Below, one piece after another: positions 1-7,207 of a stretch of DNA of 64,000 bases. The stretch is from Limnohabitans sp. (lineage in GTDB: Bacteria; Pseudomonadota; Gammaproteobacteria; Burkholderiales; Burkholderiaceae_C): assembly GCA_030158125.1 (NCBI GenBank), contig JAOATL010000001.1, forward strand, positions 206 through 64,205. Reading direction: 5' to 3'. The notes under the pieces are model-generated. The model made no database searches, had not been told where the DNA came from, and saw only the letters and a program-made list of their open reading frames with translations. Within the stretch, counting starts at the first letter, position 1. The number at the start of each line of letters is the position of its first letter. Both the position numbers and the translations under genes were made by a program.

Positions 1-87
1 TCTGGTGTACCGCCAACAGCACGCGCAATGCAAATAGTGCTTGACGCCAACCGGACACGATAATTGTCGTCAAACAATTGAGCCAAT

Positions 88-105
88 TGACCCATAAATG
101 GGTCA
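88..105. promoter_or_regulatory. Perfect inverted repeat TGACCCAT-AA-ATGGGTCA; possible operator or element end
   Basis: 8-bp perfect arms with a 2-nt spacer in intergenic DNA about 140 bp upstream of the ATPase gene; function unknown. Confidence 0.35.
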
Positions 106-241
106 CTTTGATTGATTGAATTGAAGTCAAGCAAGTCTTTCTTTTTCTCGAGCAGGACCGATATTCGGACAAATGCAGTCCAGATCTTTAGGTTGGCAAG
201 TAGCCCTATGGAACATAAAATCTACGAAACGCGAGCTAAAT

Positions 242-618
242 TTGAAAAAAATCATCATCATTGCAGGACCCAACGGCGCTGGCAAAACCACTTTTGCTCG
301 TGACTTTTTGCCGGCTGAAGCCCAAACGCTAAGGTTCATCAACGCAGACTTGATCGCTGCGGGCTTGGCTCCGTTCAATCCTGAATCAGCAGCCTTCAAG
401 GCTGGCCGCCTGATGTTGGAAGAAATTGATGAGTGCGTGGATGCTGGTCACAGCTTTGCATTTGAAACCACGCTGTCCGGTTTGACGTATTTGAAAAAGA
501 TAGCCTTGTGGCAGGCCTCGATAACTTCCATGAGCGATACCGCAAGGTTGTGAACTCATGGGCTTTTTATGACAGCTCAGGCATGCACCCTAAACTAATT
601 GACTGGAGTAACAAATGA
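242..618 (+). pseudogene. Zeta-toxin-like / predicted ABC-type AAA ATPase with internal deletion and frameshift
   Basis: TTG start gives [16 protein letters not shown] (Walker A), FINADLIA and FAFETTLSG. The frame stops at 553, but another frame from 511 reads [35 protein letters not shown], a family-like C-terminus whose TGA (616-618) overlaps the next ATG. Confidence 0.8.
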
Positions 619-821
619 ACACCAAAGACATTCGCACCTCCTCTGATCCAGATTTGGCAGGCTCATACGCGGCCATGGAACGAGCAGCCCGTGCAGCTCA
701 AGATCTTGCTATCAAAACTAACACCGGAATTGTTGTTGCTGTTGATGGCAAGAACGTTGAATTGACTGCAGCTGATTTGATCAAGATGCGTGACCAAGAA
801 GCACAGCAGTCACACCATTGA
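615..821 (+). CDS. Small hypothetical protein of the type usually found downstream of zeta-like ATPases
   Basis: 68 aa; ATGA overlap with the restored ATPase stop; DPDL..S.AA..RAA..A...AI.T.T.IVV..DG pattern recalled from such partner proteins. Confidence 0.7.
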   Translation: MNTKDIRTSSDPDLAGSYAAMERAARAAQDLAIKTNTGIVVAVDGKNVELTAADLIKMRDQEAQQSHH

Positions 822-856
822 GCTAAGTTCGAGCCCAGGTCGAGGAGCCAAAATTA

Positions 857-895
857 AGACCCCCTTCAGCAGCAATGCTCAAGGGGTTTTTCTTT
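857..895 (+). terminator. Rho-independent terminator
   Basis: Stem CCCCTTCAGC / GCTCAAGGGG (1 mismatch) followed by a T tract, between convergent genes. Confidence 0.7.
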
Positions 896-918
896 GGGCC
901 CCTCATGCCATCGATGAC

Positions 919-2118
919 CTAACGAGCCATGGTGCTGAGGGCCTCTCGGCCTAAGTCTGGATGATCGGTAAAGAAGCCATCCATGCCAGCCTCAATGAAG
1001 GCTCTCAGTTGTGCTGTCATGTCACCTTTTGCTGAGGGACCCGATCCCCTGGCCAGTTCTGAAGGCAAAAACTGGTTTTCGGCGCGAAACGTCCAACCAT
1101 GAACTAGCAAGCCCCGCGCGTGAGCTTCCTTCATCAACTCAGTCGATGGCAGTAAGCGTCGGCCATCGGTTGGCACGATTAGTTGAGTGTGCGCGCCTAT
1201 GCCATCCGCATAGCCCTTGATGAAATCCAAGCCCGCTGAACGCGCCAAGTCTTGATAGCCACGCGAATCTCCAGTGAGCTGAAAGTCGTAAGGCTTTCCA
1301 TTGGCGCTCAGAAGCTGAACCAGCCGCATCGACGTACGAGTACGGAGATACTGAAGATTGCTCACTTCAAAAGACTGAATGAAGACCGCCGCATCTCGTT
1401 TGTTGCCATATGCGGCGTGCAACTGCGTTAGAAGCAGGTCTTCCATGCGAGGCAAGCCTTTGGCATCGGTGAAACTTTTGAAGTAGCTAGGATGCTTTGT
1501 TTCCGGATAAATGCCAATGGTGCGATTCAATTCATGGCTGCGCCGCTGAGCCAATTCAATGACCTCAGCCAGTGTCGGGATGGGATATTGATCGTTGAAA
1601 GAATTGTTGGCTAGTCGGAAGTCACGCAAGCGCTCCTGCGCGCGGACATCTGCGCGAAGTTCTGCAGCTGTAAAGTCTTCTGCAAACCAGCCAGCGGTCG
1701 GCTTACCATCAAGCTGCTTAATTACAAGTCGATCTGCATACTTATCAAGTTGCCAGACATTGGTACTTGTATCACTGCGATGCAGCGCCGGCTTTCCATC
1801 GGCGCTTCGCTTAATGGTGAGTCCGTCAGCCTCCAATTGCACTCTGGCAAGCATCGGTTCATGCCTTGCATGAAGCACGCCATCTTTGCTAAGAACCAGA
1901 TCGGGCTCGATGAAATCAGCACCTTGATCAATCCCAAGGGCATAGGCCGCCAACGTGTGTTCGGGGCGATACCCTGAAGCACCCCGGTGTGCAATGAGCA
2001 AAGGAGGTCGACCATTCAGAGTTTTAAAGCCGACGCTCTGCCCATGAACCATGTCAAAGCTGCACAACGCTGGCAAGACAGATAAAAACGCACGGCGACT
2101 TAACATTTCACGTGTCAT
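919..2118 (-). CDS. glpQ: Glycerophosphodiester phosphodiesterase (GDPD), Tat-exported
   Basis: IAHRGASGYRPEHT, IEPDLV, HEP and YPETKHP motifs; SRRAFL twin-arginine signal. Confidence 0.9.
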   Translation of the reverse strand: MTREMLSRRAFLSVLPALCSFDMVHGQSVGFKTLNGRPPLLIAHRGASGYRPEHTLAAYALGIDQGADFIEPDLVLSKDGVLHARHEPMLARVQLEADGLTIKRSADGKPALHRSDTSTNVWQLDKYADRLVIKQLDGKPTAGWFAEDFTAAELRADVRAQERLRDFRLANNSFNDQYPIPTLAEVIELAQRRSHELNRTIGIYPETKHPSYFKSFTDAKGLPRMEDLLLTQLHAAYGNKRDAAVFIQSFEVSNLQYLRTRTSMRLVQLLSANGKPYDFQLTGDSRGYQDLARSAGLDFIKGYADGIGAHTQLIVPTDGRRLLPSTELMKEAHARGLLVHGWTFRAENQFLPSELARGSGPSAKGDMTAQLRAFIEAGMDGFFTDHPDLGREALSTMAR

Positions 2119-2161
2119 TGCAATCCTAGTCTATTAACTTTGAACAGGCTCATTCAGAATT

Positions 2162-2845
2162 TTAGATTTTCAACTGCACCAATGAATCTAACCACGCCAA
2201 GGCAGGCGTATTTTGAATGGGCTCACCATGGTTGTAACCATAGGTCATGAGCACCACAGGGCATCCTGCCGCATCAGCCGCTTGCGCATCGTTACTGGAA
2301 TCGCCAATCATCAGGGTCCGTGCTGGCTGACTCTGTAAGGCCTCACAGGTTTTTAACAACGGCAAGGGGTCGGGTTTTTTACGCTCAAAACTGTCGCCAC
2401 CAAATACTTTTGAAAAGTAAGGCGCCAGTCCTTTGTCTCTGATGAGAGGCAGGGTAAATGACACGGGCTTGTTTGTGAGGCAGGCCATGGGCAAACCCAT
2501 TGCTTTGATATGTTCTAAGCCTTCCATGACGCCAGGAAATACATTGGAGAACTCGCCATTGATGCTGAGGTAATGGTGTTCATAGCGCTCCCACACTGGC
2601 GTGAACAATTGCTCAACCTCGCGCGCATTGCCAGCCACTTCAGGCAATGCCAGTTGGTGTTTGAGCACCGTGCGAATGAGATGTTCAGAGCCTTTGCCAA
2701 TGCTGCGCTCAATGAGCGTGCGGTTTGCTGTGGGGACTTGTACGTCTGCAAGGGCGCGGTTTAAGGCAACCTCAAAGTCACCGATGGTGTCGACCATGGT
2801 GCCGTCTAGGTCAATCATGACGGCTTGTAAATTAAGTTGTTTCAT
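2162..2845 (-). CDS. gph: Phosphoglycolate phosphatase (HAD family)
   Basis: DLDGTMVDT motif I, LTNKP, KKPDPLPL, MIGDSSND; probable start MKQLNLQ at 2845 (ORF track starts at 2884). Confidence 0.88.
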   Translation of the reverse strand: MKQLNLQAVMIDLDGTMVDTIGDFEVALNRALADVQVPTANRTLIERSIGKGSEHLIRTVLKHQLALPEVAGNAREVEQLFTPVWERYEHHYLSINGEFSNVFPGVMEGLEHIKAMGLPMACLTNKPVSFTLPLIRDKGLAPYFSKVFGGDSFERKKPDPLPLLKTCEALQSQPARTLMIGDSSNDAQAADAAGCPVVLMTYGYNHGEPIQNTPALAWLDSLVQLKI

Positions 2846-2873
2846 GGGGTGTACTGCAATGGAAATCGGAAAA

Positions 2874-3980
2874 TCAAACTGCAAAAAGTCTGACTTGGGA
2901 TGGCGGCAAGCTTAAATTCAAGGGTGTGCCCACAGCCAATTTAGGCAAGCCAGCATAGTGTGCTTGGTCGACAGACAAAGACTGCTGCCCCACCCGCACG
3001 CGATAACGCGTCGACTCGCCCATGAATTCGCTGGCCTCAACCGTGCCTTGAATGCGAATGGCGCTCTGATCAGAAGTCGACGTGTTCACGTCCAATTTCA
3101 CGGCGTGCGGCCTAAAGCTCAGTTGAACAGACTGCCCGTTGGCAAACTTTTTAGAGTCTAGGGCAACTTCGGAGGCCACGGGCAGCGTAACCTGCCCAAC
3201 ACCCATGACATCCAGTTCCAAGTGGTCTGCGTGTTGGCTAATAACTTTGGCATCCAGCATGTTCATGGTGCCTACAAAGTTGGCCACGAAAGCATTCACG
3301 GGTTTATCGTAGAGTTCGACGGGAGAGCCCACTTGCTGCACCACGCCTTGATCAAGCACAGCCATGCGGTCGGCGGTGGTCATGGCCTCCTCTTGGTCGT
3401 GCGTCACGAAAATGGTGGTAATGCCCAAGCGACGTTGCAGGGCCAAGAGCTCTTGGCGCATTTGGACCCGCAATGTTTTGTCGAGGTTAGACAAGGGCTC
3501 GTCCAGCAGCAAAACCTGCGGTTCAATCACAATGGTCCGTGCCAATGCCACGCGCTGCTGTTGTCCGCCCGAAAGTTGGTTGGGTTTGCGCTGACCAAAG
3601 GCCGACAAGCCGACCAACTCGAGTGCTGCAGCCACTTTGCTTTGGAGAGTGGCTTTGTCTACTTTACGCTCAACCAAACCAAAAGCCACGTTGTCCCACA
3701 CAGACAAATGAGGCCACAAGGCATAGCTTTGAAAGACCATGCCAATGTTGCGATCCCACGGCTCTTGTTGGCCAATGTCGCGACCATCAACCAACAATTC
3801 ACCGTGTTGATGCTTGTTAAAACCTGCAATCAGTCGCAACAATGTACTTTTGCCAGAACCTGACGGACCCAGTAATGCAAAAAATTCACCGGGTTGAATG
3901 TCGAGGTTGACGTTTTTGAGCACTTCCGTGCTTCCATAAGCCAAACGGATGTTGCGGCATTGAACGCTGACTTTTTTCAT
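2874..3980 (-). CDS. ABC transporter ATP-binding subunit (PotA/FbpC/AfuC-like, with TOBE domain)
   Basis: GPSGSGKST, LSGGQQQR, LLLDEP, VTHD. Confidence 0.95.
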   Translation of the reverse strand: MKKVSVQCRNIRLAYGSTEVLKNVNLDIQPGEFFALLGPSGSGKSTLLRLIAGFNKHQHGELLVDGRDIGQQEPWDRNIGMVFQSYALWPHLSVWDNVAFGLVERKVDKATLQSKVAAALELVGLSAFGQRKPNQLSGGQQQRVALARTIVIEPQVLLLDEPLSNLDKTLRVQMRQELLALQRRLGITTIFVTHDQEEAMTTADRMAVLDQGVVQQVGSPVELYDKPVNAFVANFVGTMNMLDAKVISQHADHLELDVMGVGQVTLPVASEVALDSKKFANGQSVQLSFRPHAVKLDVNTSTSDQSAIRIQGTVEASEFMGESTRYRVRVGQQSLSVDQAHYAGLPKLAVGTPLNLSLPPSQVRLFAV

Positions 3981-5728
3981 GATGAATGTTCCTTGCGAGG
4001 GGCCAAGCGGCTTGCAGTCCGCTCAACCACGCGGTGTGACAAATAGGTGCCAATGGCCACCACCAAGATGGCCAGTACACCGAGAGCCGCGCCGGGTCCA
4101 CGACCCGCCACACTTTGCATGTACAAATAAATACCGTAACTCATAGGCGCTTGCGAGTCTGCCGATACCAGCATGATGGTGGCCGACAACTCAACAGCGG
4201 CTGTGATGAAGCTTGTGACAAACCCAGCCAAGATGCCACCCGTCATCAGTGGCACCAGTACCCTTCGAATGCTGCGCATTTTGTTGGCACCCACACTTTC
4301 GGCGGCTTCCTCTAGGGAGATGTGAACTTGCTGCAAAGCGGCCATGCAACTGCGCAAGGCATAAGGCAATCGGCGTACCGCATAGGCCAACATGATGGCC
4401 ACCCAAGTACCCGTGAGCAAGACATCGGTGCCAGGCACCGTGACACCTTTGAACATGCGCAAGAAGCCAATGGCCAACACAATGCCAGGCACCGCCAGCG
4501 ATGCAGTAGCAATCCAATCAAGCCATTGGCGAGCAGGCAGTTGTGTGCGCAAGATCAAATAAGCAATGGTGACGCCCAGCAACACGTCCAGCCCTGCAGC
4601 CAGTCCGCAGTAAATCAAGGTGTTTTGAATCATGCCGCTGGCATCCTGAAACACCGTGGCGTAGTGTTCAAGTGTGTAGGCGTCGGGCAAAGGCGAGAAG
4701 CTCCAAACTTTTGCAAATGACAACAACAAAACACCCAGATGGGGAGACAAGGTGATGAGCAAGATCACGCCAATCCAAAGGTAAGCCAGTGCACTTTCGA
4801 AGGGTGAAAGTTGACGGCGCTGAATGCTAGCGCCCCCTTTTTGTAAGGTGGAAAAATCGCGACCCTTCAATGCTCTGGCAGAAGTGACCATAGCGCCAAT
4901 TGAAAAAACAATCATGAGCACGCTGATGACGTAGCCCATCGGGTCTTCTAGGCCCACTTGTGTGATGCGCAAGTAGGCTTGAGGTGCCAGCATGTTGGTT
5001 TGCCCCATCACCAAGGGCGTGCCCAAATCATCAAACACTTTGACAAATACCAAAGACGCACCTGCCACAAAACCTGGCAGTCCGAGCGGAAAAATAACGC
5101 GCCAAAACAAGCGCCAACCTTTGCATCCCAGATTCATGGCAGCCTCTTCCATGGCGCCGTCAATGTTGCGCAGGGCAACGGTGAGGTTCATGAGAATGAA
5201 GGGGAAGTAATGAATGGCCTCCACAAAGATGACGCCATTGAGACCTTCCATGATGGGCAGCGTAAAACCAAACGCATCGTTGAGCAATAAATTCAAGGTG
5301 CCCGAGCGTCCAAAAATGAGTTGCAGTGCCACAGCGCCCACAAAGGGCGGCATGATGAGTGGCAGCACTCCCAAGGTTTGAATGAGAAGCGCGCCTCTAA
5401 AATCAAACCGAACTGTGAAGTAGGCCAAAGGAACTGCAATCAGCGCGGCAAAAATAGCCGACATCACAGCCACATACAGGCTGTTGATGAATGACTCACG
5501 CATCAAGTCTTGCGAAAAGAATGCGCTGAAATGTCCGAGTGTGAAACTGTTGTCGCCGTCTAAAAAAGCCGTGATAAAAACCCGCGTGACGGGCAATGCA
5601 AAAAACAGCAGCAGGAAAACCAACACCAAGCCACCGGCCAGCCAAACACCTGGTCGCACATCAGCCCACCCAGTTTGAGGCCGTGCTGTTCCTTGCGGCT
5701 TCATGGCCGCCTGCCCATTCATCGACAT
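3977..5728 (-). CDS. ABC transporter fused permease (FbpB/AfuB-like)
   Basis: Two EEAA motifs (MEEAAMNLG, LEEAAESVG); about 12 TM segments; 4-nt overlap with the ATPase gene. Confidence 0.92.
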   Translation of the reverse strand: MSMNGQAAMKPQGTARPQTGWADVRPGVWLAGGLVLVFLLLFFALPVTRVFITAFLDGDNSFTLGHFSAFFSQDLMRESFINSLYVAVMSAIFAALIAVPLAYFTVRFDFRGALLIQTLGVLPLIMPPFVGAVALQLIFGRSGTLNLLLNDAFGFTLPIMEGLNGVIFVEAIHYFPFILMNLTVALRNIDGAMEEAAMNLGCKGWRLFWRVIFPLGLPGFVAGASLVFVKVFDDLGTPLVMGQTNMLAPQAYLRITQVGLEDPMGYVISVLMIVFSIGAMVTSARALKGRDFSTLQKGGASIQRRQLSPFESALAYLWIGVILLITLSPHLGVLLLSFAKVWSFSPLPDAYTLEHYATVFQDASGMIQNTLIYCGLAAGLDVLLGVTIAYLILRTQLPARQWLDWIATASLAVPGIVLAIGFLRMFKGVTVPGTDVLLTGTWVAIMLAYAVRRLPYALRSCMAALQQVHISLEEAAESVGANKMRSIRRVLVPLMTGGILAGFVTSFITAAVELSATIMLVSADSQAPMSYGIYLYMQSVAGRGPGAALGVLAILVVAIGTYLSHRVVERTASRLAPRKEHSS

Positions 5729-5744
5729 GGTGTGGACCTAGGGC

Positions 5745-7088
5745 TTACTTGACGGCGGCCAAGGCTTGATCTGCCAAGCTCTTTGCACGCTCGTAGTTTT
5801 GGCGTGCACTGTTGTTCCAGTAGTTTTCCAAACCCGTCACGCTTTTACTGACGGCCGCATCCTTTTTGTTGGCGGCAAACAAAGCCAAGAATTCTTTGTC
5901 AGCCGCTTTCTGTGCATTGACCACAGGACTGAAAGCAGCTTCACGGGCTTGCTTGATGAGATCTGCTGCATTGGCGTTGGGCTTTTTGGCCAAAGCAGCT
6001 TCAGCGGCATGAATGGCCTTGGTTGCGGCTTGCAGTTCTTTCAAGCGGAAGGTGATGGTTTGGTCAAACAAGGCAGAGACCACGTTGTAGCGGGCTTCAG
6101 ACAAGTCGGAGTTGAACTGAACCTTGGCACGCTTGGCAATTTCAAAGGGGTTTGGGTAACCCGCTGGCGTCTTGCCGCCCATGGCTTCGGGTGGCAAGAT
6201 GGGCAAGCGAGAAATTTTGGGGTTGTAGAGCAACTCTTGCCCTTGTTGTGACACGGTGTAGCTGATGAACTTTCTTGCCTCAGATGCATTTTTGCTACCT
6301 GCAACCAAGGCGATATTGGCTGGCACAACTGCAGTGACATCGGGGTACACAAACTCCACTGGGAAGCCGGAATACTTGCCAGCCAAGCCAAAGAAGTCAA
6401 TCACCAGGCCAATGCCAAACTGGCCATTGTTGACACCATCGGGCACACCAAAACTGCGCTCGGTGATGGCCGCACTGTTGCCAGAAATTTGCAGCAATTG
6501 ACGCCAGCCTTTTTCCCAACCTTCACCTTGCAAAAGTGTTTCGACGGTTAAATGGGTGGTGCCAGAACGTGAGGGTGAGCTCATGGCCACGTGGCCAAAA
6601 TACTCGGGCTTGATCAGATCGGCCCACTGCTTTGGCGCGGGCACTTTGTTGGCCGCCATGTAACGCGTGTTCCACATCAAGCCATAACCGGCCAAGGCTT
6701 GGCCTAGGTACATGTTGTCGGGCGCATTGATGGGATAGGCGCCCACTTTGGCGGGAGTCGCTTTGTTGGCCAAGTCGCCAATGCGTTCAAGCAATTTAAG
6801 ACCAGACATTACTTCAAAGGCATCGGGTGCGGAGGCCCAGAACACATCGGGTCGTTGGCCTACAGGCAATTCGCGAACATATGAAATACCTTGCACCGTG
6901 TTTTTGTTCAAGATCTCAATCTTGATATCGGGGTTGGCTTTTTCAAAGGCTGACTTGTAGATTTGTGTCAGCTCTTTAGGGAATGAGGTGATAACAGTCA
7001 CAGTTCCGGCGTTTGCTAACTGAGCGCCAGAACCCAGCAGTGTCAGGGCTGCGGCCAAAATAGTTTGCGAGATTAAATTTGAATTCAT
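5745..7088 (-). CDS. ABC substrate-binding protein, Fe/AfuA-type fold, PgtC-like
   Basis: Signal peptide; MSSPSRSGTTHLTVETLLQ..GW..GW and ERSFGV..V motifs resemble Salmonella PgtC as recalled. Confidence 0.85.
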   Translation of the reverse strand: MNSNLISQTILAAALTLLGSGAQLANAGTVTVITSFPKELTQIYKSAFEKANPDIKIEILNKNTVQGISYVRELPVGQRPDVFWASAPDAFEVMSGLKLLERIGDLANKATPAKVGAYPINAPDNMYLGQALAGYGLMWNTRYMAANKVPAPKQWADLIKPEYFGHVAMSSPSRSGTTHLTVETLLQGEGWEKGWRQLLQISGNSAAITERSFGVPDGVNNGQFGIGLVIDFFGLAGKYSGFPVEFVYPDVTAVVPANIALVAGSKNASEARKFISYTVSQQGQELLYNPKISRLPILPPEAMGGKTPAGYPNPFEIAKRAKVQFNSDLSEARYNVVSALFDQTITFRLKELQAATKAIHAAEAALAKKPNANAADLIKQAREAAFSPVVNAQKAADKEFLALFAANKKDAAVSKSVTGLENYWNNSARQNYERAKSLADQALAAVK

Positions 7089-7207
7089 TAGCGGGACTTA
7101 TAAAGATTGACTGAAAAAAATGATGTTACTGCCATAGGCACTGAATGACTACTCAGAATTACGATAATCCATGAAAGTTGAATTCTGCATTTTTTCTTTC
7201 TAAATGA

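Noticed and set aside
1-60. Possible IS terminal repeat (TGTACCGCC.., ..CCGGACA)
   Set aside because: No matching partner repeat, target duplication or transposase in the window.
3222-3863. 213-aa plus-strand ORF
   Set aside because: Antisense shadow of the conserved ABC ATPase; no motifs of its own.
7089-7207. Pho box upstream of the binding-protein gene
   Set aside because: GTCAT/GTAAC/GTCAA half-sites are spaced 20 and 18 nt apart, not 11 or 22.
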